Notes: generated by a model from the sequence alone, not told the origin. Numbered from the stretch's first letter, positions 27,171 through 40,295 are shown. The stretch is 64,000 bases of DNA from Camelus ferus (GCF_009834535.1 NC_045696.1:15316001-15380000), one strand, 5' to 3'. Numbers and translations: made by a program.

Positions 27171-27519
27171 AACGGGAACTCAGGGGATATACTCAAAATA
27201 CAATTTTACTTTTTTTCTTTTGCACGTCTTTTTAAAAATTAGAGAAAGTCTTCTTTTGCTACTGGATGCTTGTGCTCAGGATAAGGGGCTTCAAAGAATT
27301 TTATTTTCTATAAATGAACGCCAAACAGGAAGCCAGTTTGATCCTGCCACTGCAGTCTGCACAGTAGAGAGAAGGAGACCCAACTTAACAGAGTCCAGTG
27401 CTTATTACAATGTAATTAGCATTGCAGTTTGGGCCACTCTCATAGGTTTTTCTGTAAGCATCTTGGGTAAGAGCATGAGCAAAAGAAACGAACATGCTTC
27501 AGCACTCAAAGGATGTGAG

Positions 27520-27590
27520 CTGTCAATCAATCACGAGAACGCCCCTAAGCCAGCATATAAACAGGAGAAACAAAGGAGCAACACCATTTT
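27520..27590 (+). promoter_or_regulatory. Candidate core promoter/enhancer: PBX-MEIS decamer, TATA box, Inr
   Basis: CTGTCAATCA (reverse complement TGATTGACAG) 27520-27529; TATAAA 27556-27561; CCATTTT (YYANWYY) with A at 27586, 30 nt from the TATA start. Confidence 0.35.
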
Positions 27591-27668
27591 TCCTCTCTCT
27601 GGTTGGGTGGTGTACTCTACCTAATTTTGCTCTACTAATAACATTTTCTGTTTATATTACACTTTCAG

Positions 27669-27695
27669 TCTCCCATTTGAGCTTCTTTCTCTCAG
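27669..27695 (+). other. Candidate 27-nt microexon (host gene not identified)
   Basis: Branch point TACTAAT 27633-27639, ~90-nt AG-free zone, tttcAG acceptor at 27668, CAG/GTAAGA donor at 27696. Confidence 0.4.
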
Positions 27696-28972
27696 GTAAG
27701 ACAAGAACCAAGGTCTGTTTCCCCTCCTCATGATAACAATATGGTTAATATAAATATATGGTTAATATTATATAGAATTAATATTATATTGATGTATCAG
27801 ATGCACTTTATGAGTATAATGACGTTAATATATAATGCATATTTTACGTATATAATTATACATAAAATTTTCCATCAGCAAAAATGTGCTGATCAGTCCT
27901 ATGTCTTCACACAGAGTAACATTTTGAGCAACATTCTTACTTAGCGTGATGTCCTCAGTGATGTAACCATCTGGATATATAACTTAGTCATGAACTTATA
28001 ACTATTCTCTGGATTATTTCTAACTGAATGTATCAAAACATGTGCTTTTCTCATACAGTTGAAATTTCTCCCCAGCGTGGGGTAAATGTGAGGATCTGAG
28101 AGTGTTCATTTAATGCAGTAGCCAAAGACTAATCGTGATGTTATTTCACCTGAAAGGCAGCCCTCAGACGTGAACTCCCAGAACAGCATAGAGAAAGTCC
28201 CCAGCGGCTGAGTTTTTCTTTTATTCTAACATAAATGAAGAGTGACTGGGCATTGTATTGCAATTTCCCCCAAACTAAATTTATCTTGGAATAGAGACAA
28301 AGCAAGGATGACTTACAAACTGAAGGACCTTTTCCATTATATTCTAAATATGTGTAAATAATTATCTTCAGAATGGATTGAAAATCTATATGCCTTCCTA
28401 CCTAGCCTTAGGGAGCTACTTCATTGAAACTATTTGCTACTATAGAAAATAACCAAAACAGATTAACCCCGTGGAACAAAAGAAGCCACATTATGACCTC
28501 AAGTGACAAGCAACAAGATCCTATAGAGAGCAAATGTCTTAAAAGGCACTTTCAAAATCCCTTTGTTCTAGGTTTATCAGCACAAGGAGCTTAATCTCAT
28601 GAAACTTTAGAAAGGAGGAAAATTATAGCACATATTCTGCTAAATTCAGATCTCTTAATCCTTCTAAATTGCTCTGTCTTGTTTAGAAAGATCTGCTTAC
28701 AACCATCATTGTGCAAGTGTAAACACAAGAGCCCTCAGATCTTTCTTTGTGCTTCAGGATCTGCCAGACATCATTCATGTCTCATTTTACAGGCAAACCC
28801 TTAGTACCACCACAAGCTTCTTAAAAAAAAACCAAACCCTAACGCAAGGCGCATGTCCAAATCTTGGCCATGTCTGGGTTTCCCTATAAGGACATTGGGT
28901 TTTATTCCCGTCACAATTCTTGTTTATAGCTCACTGAATTTATAGCCATCCTCTTAAACATCTGCAGTCATC

Positions 28973-29003
<31 letters not shown>

Positions 29004-29777
29004 CTCTCTTTTTTCTAAGGAAAAGCACAACTCTCTCTATAGGACATAAAGCAGGTATTTTCTCCTATTAAATCTGAAAGGGAAATGTTCTTCCTGTGTT
29101 TTTAACCCCTGAAGTAAGTAAAATACAAGACTCCAATGCTGTCAAGAGAATTAGGGTAAGGCACCTGACACTAGACCTTTACTATTTCTGGAAATTTCCA
29201 TTAGCTGCAAGTCAGGGAAACAGGGTTCTAAACCCACAACTTCGATTAATTTGCTGTGTAGCTGACAGCAAATCTCTTCATTTTCCTTGTGCCTCCTAGA
29301 AACAGAGACTTTTTGAATGCCAGGAGGAATTTTAGGGTTTCGTCCAAAACAATGTTCTCATTTTAGAGAGAGGGTCCCAAACCCCAGACTGCTAACCCAA
29401 CCCCCCATCAGGGACAGAGCAGGAACTTCTTCCCTGACCTTCTAATTTTACAGTGTGCTTACAGTCTCTCCAGTGTGCTGTGACCTAGTTTCCTAAGCCA
29501 GGGCTTAATGATGGGTTTCCTATCACAAGTGCATTGTGCGGATCCCACAAAACATTTGACCTGGAAGTCTATTGAAAAAATATTAAGCCCAACCCAAATG
29601 TAAGCTGTTGTATATTTTAAACTTCACTATGGCTATAAAATTCAAGTTCAAATGTTCACTTTAGAGTCACTTTTAGATTTTTATAATAAAGCATTGTTAC
29701 CAAGAAACAGGACATCTTTCATGTTTCCATCCTTGACAAGAACCTGTAATATATATATTCCATATATTTATATGGAA

Positions 29778-30189
29778 CTGCTGTGAAATGAGTTGCTCCC
29801 TCCCCCACCATATTCATGTATTGAAGCCCTAACCCCTAATGTGGTTATATTTGGAGACTGGGTCTTTAGGAAGTAATTAAGGTTAAATAACATCATATAG
29901 GGTAGGGCCCTAATGCAATAGGACTGGTGGCCTAATGAGAAGAGGAACAGTCTCTCCCTCTCCAGTTCTCTCTCTCTCTCTACACTCAAGCCCAGTGCAG
30001 AGGCCATGTGAAGACAAAACAAGATGGCAGCCATCTGCAAGCCAGGAAGAGAGCTCTCACCAGAAACCGACTCAGCTGAACCTCAATTTTTGACTTTTCG
30101 CCTCCAATACTGTGAGAAAATAAATTTCTGTTGTTTAAGCCACCCACTCTGCGGGAGTTTTGTTTTAGCAGCCCAAGGAGTCTCATACA
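29778..30189 (+). mobile_element. MLT1A/B-like solo LTR
   Basis: attcatgtattgaagccctaaccc...aagatggcagccatctgcaagccaggaagagag...aaataaatttctgttgtttaagccaccca. Confidence 0.9.
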
Positions 30190-30529
30190 CTACTTCAGAG
30201 GAAACTACAGAAATTATAATTTGAGAAACATTAGACTGGAAAATCCAAAGTCCATGCTGAAAGAATGTGGACATATCTAAAAAGTCAACAGTGCAGGTCC
30301 TTTCTACATCACTTCCTGACATGTCTGGCTTTTAGAGGTTGTCAATATGACACTCAGTGACAATAGTGAAAACAAGAGTCCAATCAGATTCTTAACATTG
30401 TGATTATGTTTATGTTCAACAGAAAAACACAGCACGCCTTATTCCAGAACAATCAAAAATGTGGTTGTTGTGCTGTAGTTCTTACTTCTAAAAACATAGC
30501 AGTCTTGAGGGGCTGGAAGAAGCTCATTC

Positions 30530-31111
30530 TGTTGCTGAAAGATCTGCCCCTGTCCCTGACGAGCCAAATAACTCAGGGACCGGGTCTTGGAGCTTGGAAG
30601 AAAAGAGACAGCTTTATTGCTTTGTCAGGAAAAAAGGACTCACAGCAGGCTGGTGCCTTCAACACTGTGAACCCTTCTTAGGGATGGGGCAGAGAGGTTA
30701 CATAGCCATAGTTCAAACAATAAAGCATCCATAACAATCAACAGAATTATTTTCTTCTCATAAGACTCAGAGTGGCGTCATGGTGTCTCCAGGTGACCAA
30801 GTCTACACAGAGGTGAGTGGTTGTCACTCTTTAAATCTCTTTACCTTATAAGCACCCAAGGCATGGACTTCTTGGTAATTCAGGCTATCATGTAAAGTTA
30901 CAGTCCTGTGACCTTCTCCCTGGAGAATGACTCAGAGACCAATCATGATTATAACTTTCGATTACAGTAAGATCAATAGCTTTAGTTTTAACAGTGGGCC
31001 TGGAGCTGTGAGTAGTAACCAGCCAGTCAGGTTAGTTGACCGTTTTAAGGGCAAGCATAAGAATAAGCAATCTGTTAGCTGAAGTGGGACCATTTTATTA
31101 TTTCTACTTCA
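30530..31111 (-). mobile_element. ERV1-class solo LTR
   Basis: TG...CA termini, 4-bp TSD attc (30526-30529 / 31112-31115), antisense polyA signal tttatt at ~30613. Confidence 0.8.
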
Positions 31112-33454
31112 ATTCTTTCATCAGTAAAAAAAAAAAAAAAAAAAAAAAGAATACGCTTAAAGAGAAAAATTATCTTTTGTGAGTTGCTTCCCCCAACTAG
31201 CGAACTCTGGACTGGTCCCAAGTTGGAGCTGGCGACAGGACGCCACAATACGCAAGCTCCTTCATCCAGTACCAAGCATTTTAACAGACGAAACAGCCTG
31301 AGTAGTAATTATTTTCAAGGAGTTCTTTCCCCTTCCTCTCAAGCTTTTAGTTTCCAGTATACTTTTTTTTCCAATACTGCTTTTCTCTTTTTTGTTGCCA
31401 GAAAACCCAAGTTTTTTTTCAAAGATTAGATTACCAGCCAGTGATTTTCCTTTGTTGAAAGGGCAAGATTTCTAACAAAAGAGGTGCCTTTCAGGGTAAA
31501 ACAAGATGTCTTAACGCATTAGGTCCCAAGGTCTAGATATTTGCAAACTTCATAAAGCTAAGCAAATGTGTAAACTCTATTACTACAGATTTTAGAACTA
31601 ATTTCAATCTTTATTCCTTTAAAAAAAAAAAAGACCTTCTTATCCTCCCTACCCAAGAAAAAGCAATGATATCCATAACAGGGTTCTCTAGTTTAAAATG
31701 CAAAAGGGTTCTTTATCATTTCCACATTGGAAAAACTCTGTAAATATTTTGCATCAAATCAATTGACTGTTCGTCATATTTACACTCTGCTGATTAAGCT
31801 CTTGATTATTTTCATCATTTTAATTTTGAAGCAAAATCTAAAAGCGACAGTGAAAAGAATGTGGGCAATTTAGAACCTCCTTGATACTTTCCCCCATGTA
31901 TTTATTGCAGCCACAAAAATGTTAAAGATATTTCCCTTAGTATCAGGAAGCACATTATTAAATTAATGTATATCAAAAGACATTCCCTCTATACTATTTC
32001 TTGCTTTGCCTGGAGTGGATTTGGAAGAGAACCATGAAGCACTAAGAAAAAAATAAAAGAGGAAACATGGTATCCATGCCAATTTCCTTTGCTCAGTTCT
32101 AAGAGAAAATGTGCATTCAAAGCCCTATCTCAGAAAATCAGAGATACCTGCTTCAGTGGGGTCTCACAGCTCGCGATCCCTTCAAATGGCTTTTTCTCTC
32201 CAGTCCATGTCAGCATCCTTGGTTCCCATAGCTCCATTGCCCCACCTCGGTCCCAAAGCCATCCTTTATCTTTCACCTGAGCATCCACTTTTTGGCTCCG
32301 TTTCCTAAAAACAACAGGGATCTATTCTTTCAACAGCAGGGCTCCTTCCTCAGACTCTGACTCTCTCTCACACACAGGCCCATAAATGGGCCAGAGTTTC
32401 AATCACCCATTTCCATTTTCATCCCTGACTTTCCTTCTCATTCTTCAAGCTCTCTCCTTTCTTGCAGGATTGTGAGAACCCCATGTCTGTCTGCTCTTCA
32501 CCTATTCAATCTTGAGTCCTACTTGCCGATTTTGTCAGTCCCTTGGGACCAGGGACATGCAGGGACATGGCTCTCTGTCCTACTCTGGTATTCCTATATT
32601 CTACCTTTTAATTCTGGGGACAGCTTTTTCTGTCTAGTTCCATGATCCTTCCTAAATTTTCACTTTTATTCTCCTATGCACAGTTTTCCTTTTTAAGTAA
32701 ATACATTCAAGCCAAAGATATGTGGTTTGAAGAATGGTATAAATATCAGGACAAGTTCTCAAAAAGTTTGGGTACAAATTGTAATTTTATAAAATCTGAG
32801 ACACACCATGATGAAGAAAATTATATTGAACTCAGAAACACAGGACATTGGTCCCATAAAGGATTGGTTTGTGTTTGCTGTTTGAACCTAGACAAGTTAC
32901 TTAACTTTCCTGAGTGTGCTCAGATTGTCTACAGATGACAGTCTCCATTACCTCCTGCTGCTCCTGTGTCTCCTGTTCACCCCAGACAAGAGGACTGGGA
33001 CTCCTTTTTTCAAAATCCCCTTTTCAGTGTGATTTCTGTCTGATAACAACAGGCACACATAGTACATTGTTTGAGGATAGTGTTTGGGAAGCCCTGGATT
33101 GGATTTTGAGGCCAGGAGACACCAGAGGTGTCTGTCTTGTATATGGTAGTCTGTTCTAAGCTCTGATTAGGAGGAATCCATCAGCCCAAGTGGTCACTAA
33201 TGTCAGGTTTACATCTGTTTCTAGGTGGGAGGAAGGGGATCATTTGCCTGTCACCATGAAGTTAAAAGGGGTCAAATAACAAGTTGTGGCTAAGGTAAAT
33301 GGGTGAAAGGGACTCGTAAAAGATCCAGCAGGAATTTGCTTTTTTCCCACCACGATCGGCAATGCTCCAGACAGTGGTATCAGGGACTCTGAGTGAGAAT
33401 GGTAACCTCACTGATGATTCAGTATGAGTGAGCAATAAACTTTTTGTTTTATTT

Positions 33455-33825
33455 TTAAGTTTTTTCCCAGCTTTACTGAGGCATAATTTACATATAAAAT
33501 TGTATATCTTTAGAATATACAATGTGACTATTAAGTACAATATACACTTGTGAAATTACAGGCGTAATCAAGTTAATTAACACATTCACCACCTCACAGA
33601 GTCACATTTTTGCATGTGTGTGGTAAGAACACTTAAGATCTACTCTTTTAGCAAATTTCAAAAGTGCAATATAGTATTATTAACCATAGTTACCATGCTG
33701 TACACTGGAGTCCCAGGACATATCTTAACTGAAAGCTTGCACCCTTTGACCAACGTTTCCCCATTTCCACCACCCACCAGCCCCTGGCAACCATCATTCT
33801 ACCCTTTGGTTCTAACCATTTGACA
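33455..33825 (-). mobile_element. L1 3'UTR fragment (L1MA/MB-like)
   Basis: cagctttactgaggcataattt...tgtggtaagaacacttaagatctactcttttagcaaatttcaa. Confidence 0.85.
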
Positions 33826-33829
33826 TTGC

Positions 33830-35320
33830 CCAACTCTGTCAAAAATTAGATATTTATATGGTAGAAAACTGGAGAAATTTTAGACTCATGGACACTAGTC
33901 ATAGTAGAAGGTAGGGTAACATATGGAGAACCATTAGAAAAAATGAAAAGCTGCACATTGAAAGGCAAGACCATACTAGGTCTCTTTACAAACAGCTCCC
34001 CAAACAAGCAACTAGGATTTTAACTTGTAGAGAGCAAATGAGAAGACTTCTCTCTGGAGAAACCCATCATTTAGTGAAACAGCAATCTAGATTTTCCTAT
34101 AGGGAAATCCTCCCATGGGCACAGTTTCCAATCATATTGTGGCACTCTCAGCCTTAAATAGTTTAAAATTATTAAGAAACAGAAATGATGCATGGAGCAG
34201 AAAAGAACTTTCAAGGAAAAACATTGTGGTTGAATTCTACAGAAAGATCCTTAGGATAAGAAGAGGAGGCTCTAAAAATGATGGAAACAGGTAGCAACGA
34301 CAATAAATAGTTTTGGAAATTAAAAATCTGATAGCAGAAATAAACATTTGGAAGGAAGAGTTGAAGATAACATTTTAAGAAAAAATTACTTCTAATCTAA
34401 AGTTATCTAGCCAACTTAACTCTCAGTAAAGAACAGTACAACAAAGACAATTTTGGAAAAACAAGATTTCAAAAAACTAATTAACTCCCTTCCCTAGTGC
34501 ACAGTTTTTACGAATCTAAGAGTAGGCATTCCACTAGTTAAGGAGAGAAACTTTGAAGAGAAACACTTAGAATCTAAGAGGCAGAGGATCCAGTGGAGAA
34601 ATAAAAGAGTAAGGAAACTCTAGGAATTTGTATAGGCAAACCTCAGGTGACAACTGTCCAATGGACCCAAGGGCAGGCCATCAATTTGGAGCAGGAAGAC
34701 AGTAGGCTCCAGGAGACTGCTCTTTAAATGAAAAGTTTTGGGGAAAAAGAAAAAGACTCTTGGTATTTTTAACATATTATCTGGAGATTTAGACTTCTAG
34801 TAGAAGAATTTGAGAATAAATTACTGGCAGTCACATGCAAAACTAGACAAATAAAACATCCAGAAAATTAAAGAAAATACAATAAAGAAAAAAATAGAAC
34901 CATGACTCAGCTGAAAATCCCCTTTGTATATGCGTACATTAGGATGGATAATTTTGGACTTTTTAAATCATGATATAATTGTGGTAGGATTGAAGTGTGG
35001 GGGTAAATGTGTATGTGTTTGGATGACAGAGTGGGTTTGTGAGAGCTGTTTTTCAAATTAGGATGTCAGTAATATTACCTTAATGAAAACTCAGGGAATA
35101 GCAGCAAAAGCATGTTATGCAGAAATATGGAGGACAGTATGAGAAGAAATAGCTGAAGGGTTGGAAAGCGGCCATCTCTGGGGAATCAAGTTTGCAGGAA
35201 AGACACTTTTTCTCTCGTAACATTCAGAACTTAATTTGGTTATAAACCGCAGAGAACAATTTGACTTCTGACACTAGGCACATTTTTATTTTGACTTCAA
35301 AAAATAACTAGATTAAAAGT
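33830..35320 (+). mobile_element. HAL1-like relic
   Basis: Decayed ORF1-like sequence, then gcagaggatccag...ctcaggtgacaactgt...tttggagcaggaagacagtaggctccagg, homologous to ~26650-26830. Confidence 0.65.
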
Positions 35321-37251
35321 ATATATACATACATATATTAAGGCCCTGAGACAGAGTGTAACATGGAGTGTCCCCTGCATTAGGAGAGGCAGGTGTAGTC
35401 AGAGTGAGGGGAGAGGCCTGGAAGGGCAGAGCTGGACCAAGGCATGCAGAGTCTTAAAGGACATGACACAAATTTAGGAATTCACCTTAACAAAAATGAT
35501 ATGACCACCTCAAGTTCTCAAAAAAGAAAAAAAGGTATACCTTTCAAATTATTTTAACCAATAGAGATATTTATCAATCAGCTTAGAAAAATATCAGAAA
35601 TGCAATGAAAGTTAGCTATTCTTTAGAGAGTTTCTAAAGTTTTTTATCTGGGCCTTGAAACTCACAAACCAAAAAAAGATGGAGAGTTGAAACTATAGGA
35701 TCCTAATGTTTATTTGGATTCAATAGTCTGTCTAATGTAAATTGACCAAGTATGCATGTTCATGAAAAAAAAATGAGACTAATAAAATAAATTTCTTTCC
35801 ACCACTGACCCCTATGGAGATTATTTTTGAGAGAAGTATAAAATACTTTTATTTCAGGAGTGAATATTACTTGTAAATTTTGAACGCTACTCCAACCCAA
35901 ACAGCATTTATTGCTTGACTGATGTTTCACCTCCTTTTCTTAATTGAAATTTTGATTCCTTGTTTTCATAACAGTCTCTGGGTATCCTAGAGCTGGAACG
36001 AACATAAAGATGACTGGTCTAATCCCATAATTTTTCAAATGAGGTCCAGATAGGAAAAGCAACTTGCCAAAGGTGATACATCTAGTTAGTGGCAAAACAT
36101 GAACCCAATTCTTTTTCCTGGTTCAACTCTCTTACCTACACATCATCTCATGACTATTTTATTTACTAGGCAGTATAATCACATTTCTTGAGCCTCCCTA
36201 GTTTTCCAAGGACATGTAAGAATGTTTGAGACTGAAGTCGGGGATATTTATTGACTTAAAAATATTTAAGAGAAGGATAAAACCGAAATCCATAAATATA
36301 TCACAAGGTAACTATACAACATTAATTGATGTCAACTACCAGTTATAGCATGACTTTTACAGTTTTATGAATTTTATTAAAAGAATTAACTTGTTTATTA
36401 TTATATAGAGTCAGCTCTACAAAAAAAAAATGAAACAATCCTGATCCTGTTGTATAAGTAGATTAAAAAAGTTTTCAAAATAGGTACCATCAAAAATATT
36501 TATGGGTAAACACACACACACACACACACACATACACACACCAGCATATAATTTTTCCAGGTTGTAAGGATAGTGGTTTAATAAAACAATAATATAATTC
36601 AAGTTTTAAACTGTATCTATATAATAAATCCAGGTAATTAAAAGTCATCAAGCTTGGGGATTTTTGTTCTTGTTAGCTGGGTCCTCACCTCTAAACTGGG
36701 GTATTGGTCATATTAGTCATTTGATCTCTAAGGTCCCGATGGCGCTAAACCCCTGTACTTCTGTTATGATCCTTCTCTCATGAAGAGTAATCTTTAAGAA
36801 AAGGAAAATCTTCCCTCAATGCCTGTAGGGGACACAGGGTGGGTCGGGTGTATTGTTTTTGATGTCCTAAGTTCCTTCCTCTTCATTGCCTCATGCCTTT
36901 GCTGATGTCAGGGCTTTGTGGACCACAAGCTGCAACTGCCACAGATTTTCCAGATGTTGACATATTAGGCAAATACATTCTTTATGGGAGCAGCGACGGC
37001 TGTGGGGAGAGAAATCTTGGGAGCACATTCCAGTTGCAGCCTGATTTCATTGAGGTGGTAAACATCACGGGAACAAGGGTTGACACTGGCCAGGCTCCAC
37101 CATAAGGCAGTGCACGGAGTCACAGGAGAACCCAAGGGGAAGTGCAGAAAATAAGGCAAAACATATGAAGCAGTGAGAGGAGGAGGGAGGGAGAAAGCCA
37201 AGAAATCCAGACGCATAAACAAATGAGTAATGTTTTCATTGGTTGTTCAAA

Positions 37252-37266
37252 TGTGTGTGTGTGTGT

Positions 37267-37300
<34 letters not shown>
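37252..37300. repeat. (TG)n microsatellite
   Basis: About 24 units with one interruption; similar runs at ~36510, ~47420, ~52190, ~62110 and (TA)n/(GA)n at ~53520-53590. Confidence 0.95.
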
Positions 37301-39099
37301 CTTGCATGTGTTAGAAGTTCAGAGAGCCATTTATGGAACAAAATATTCTACAAGTTATTCACTTTGAGAAAAGATATTTTCACATTATTTTAAGATGCTT
37401 GTTTTCAACCCTCTTTTCAAAAGAATTAATGTACATGATTTACAAATTACAAAAGCATTTCCACAATTAAATCACAACATTTTCACCAAGTTAACCTTAT
37501 TTGCCTTTCCTTAGCATATGTGAGTTTTTGTACCTCATTAAAGAGCTTCCTTTGATCTCAAGGCAGCAATAAATTGATCAAGATGCTACAAAAGATTACA
37601 ATTTTTTTTTCATTTGAGTTTAACGTCTACATTTTCCCTCGGCCAATAATAACATCTTTGACAAGTTACAAGTTTTGAAGATTATGAGTAAAGTTGTGTT
37701 TTCTAATTCTCTACTTTCAAAAATTCCAGTGTGTATTAACATTCTTTATACATTCTTGTAATCAATGTTATCAAAACCCTATTTTGTCCTTTGCTTCAGT
37801 GCTTTTATATCAAGAAATTCAATAATCTTGAAATCTCATATTTTATTGCCACTCTTCACATATTATGAATCAGTAATGGTTCAGACAAAAGTTTGATAGT
37901 TGCTCTGTCTTATCTCTTCAAACTTCCTCAATTTCTCATGTTCCATCTTTCCTGTGTTTCTAAATATACAAATACTTCAACTAACAGATGGCAAATGGAA
38001 GCACCAATGGACACAGAAATCAATCCAAGGCTTTTAAGCATGAAATGTCCCTGAGGCAAGCAGCAGAAGGAAAAAGAAAGGCAAGCTTGGATATTTTCAA
38101 AGGGAAAAAAAGGACTGATTGTCCTTTTTTGTAGTTTGCAGACCCATTCAATAAATCGGACAAATAAAACTGACCAACTGAGAATGAATTCATTTTATAG
38201 TTTGAATCATGTTAATAAATCATATTGAAAGTGGAACTGGGCTTTTACGTACCCAATATGGTAAAAACTAACAGACTTTCCCATCTTGAATGCCGTGAAA
38301 TAGTTTCATTGAAATGAGGACCATTGCATGGAACTATCTTTGAGAATTTCTTTGAGTGCCTATATTAAATCCTTCTAGACTCAGTTTCTAATGTTTTGGG
38401 GATGACATTTACTCAGTCTGTGGAGACTTTGCAGCTATTACAGAAAAGGTAGTAAGATACTCCTAAAATATGACCCCTCTCTGATCTTTTTTTCTCAATA
38501 GCCATTCATCCCAGATGACTCTCATTCTAATATGTAACTATGAATACATTGAAATAAAATAGCTCATACCAATATATTTTAAATAATTTCAAGTGTCCTT
38601 CAGGTTGGACACAATGGCTGCTGAAGGAGAAAAATATGCTGTGTTCCTTTATCAGCCAAGAATCCAATTTGATCTTCTGAAGAATATTTAAATTTTCATT
38701 GTAATATACATTCCATATTTAAAAATAATAATTCCTAAATTGTTTTCTCACAGTGTAAAATTGAAGGAAAAAATAAAACTATACCTAGAATAGCATATGG
38801 GCAGAACTAAGGTTCGATAATGAGAATTAAAGGGCTAGCAGCCAACATTGATTTTGACTTGGTCTTTGTTGTAACTCCTTAATTCTCTTTACTCTAAATA
38901 AAAATTGAACTTTTTAAAAATTCAGATTGAATCTTCTAAAATTACAAGGAAATTTTGATAACAAAGCATTAACTTATAGAATGTTACAAACCAGGACAGT
39001 TCAATGTGGTTGGCAGAGGGGTAGAGTGGGGATCCCTGGGTTCCAAGTCAGAATCCTGGCATAACCAGGCCAGTAGGAGAGACAGAGTTTTCAAAAAGT

Positions 39100-40295
39100 A
39101 ACAGCCCAATAACTGAAATTACATGAATTTAGACAAGTGCTCTGAATATAACCGAGGGCTAAGATATCTAATAAGGGGTTAGGGGAGAGCTTTATTAGAT
39201 AGAGGTTCAAGGAAGTTAAAAGGATGACCAGAGGCCAGCCATGAGAAGAGCAGACATGAGAGCATGCCAGCAGAGAGATCAGCATGAACAAAAACCTCCA
39301 GTAGACAAGAGCTTCACTTGCTCCAAAAGCTAAAACTCAGTCTGTCTGGAGTTCCATCAACAGCAGAGAAGCCCAAAGGGAGAACAGAGAAGTAGGCAGT
39401 GAGCTGTCCATTGCTTTGTTAGCCATAGGGGTTTTTGTATTGAAAATGACTGATGTGTTTTAGGCAAAGAAGTACACAGTAGTTATCTGTTTCTATCTAA
39501 CAAATATCCCAAAATTGAAGAGTTCAAACAACAATGTTGATCATCACACAATTTCTATCGCTCAGGAGTCCAGGCATAGTTTACCTGGAATCTCTGGCTC
39601 AGGGTCTCTCATGAGGCTGCAATCAAAGTGTTGGCTGGGAATACAAGCATCTCAAGGCTTGATGGCGAAGGATCCATTTCCAAGCTCACTTCTGTGATTG
39701 TTGGCAGGATTCGGTTTCATGTAGGCTATTGAACTCAGGACCTCAGTTCCTTACTGGCTGTTGGCTGGAGGCCACCCTTGCTTTTTTTTCCCCATGGGCC
39801 TCTCCATAAGGCAATCACAGCATGGCAGCTTGCTTTATTAGAAGGTGTAATTGAGAAGAGCCAGAGAGAGGGAGTAAACAAGATAGAAGTCGCAGTCTTT
39901 TGTAACCTAAGCTCAGAAGTGACATCTTGTTACTTTGGCCATATTCTATTCACTAGGTGCCAATATGTCCATCCAGCTTTCCATTGCACAATGGAAATTG
40001 CACAATGGTATGACTGTCAGGAGATGGAGATCATTGTGAGCTATCTTAGCAGGCTGCCTACTACAAAATATCATGATTTTATAATTTAGAATGATGACTG
40101 GCTCCGTGTGAAGAACAGTCTATAGGGATCAAAAGTGGAGTCAGGCCGACCATTTAAGTGCAGTCTATGGTATTTACTGATGGCCCAGATGTAGAGAAAG
40201 AGGATTCAGGAATTTCTGGCTTAGTAACCAACTTGATAGTGATGTCATATTTCTGGGTGGAGAAGACAAGCTTAAAGAAGGTCTAAAGTAGAAAT
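39100..40295 (-). mobile_element. L2 relic split by an MLT1 LTR
   Basis: Antisense L2 landmarks on both sides (ggatgaccagaggccagcca; gattcaggaatttctggctt). Confidence 0.55.
39478..40064 (-). mobile_element. MLT1 (F/G-like) solo LTR
   Basis: ctctggctcagggtctctcatgaggctgcaatcaaagtgttggctgg...gaagtgacatc...ggctgcctactaca. Confidence 0.85.

Noticed and set aside
27220..27624. 134-aa ORF with a hydrophobic stretch
   Set aside because: Non-ATG start, no recognisable family, no flanking donor; the region is better explained as regulatory or intronic.
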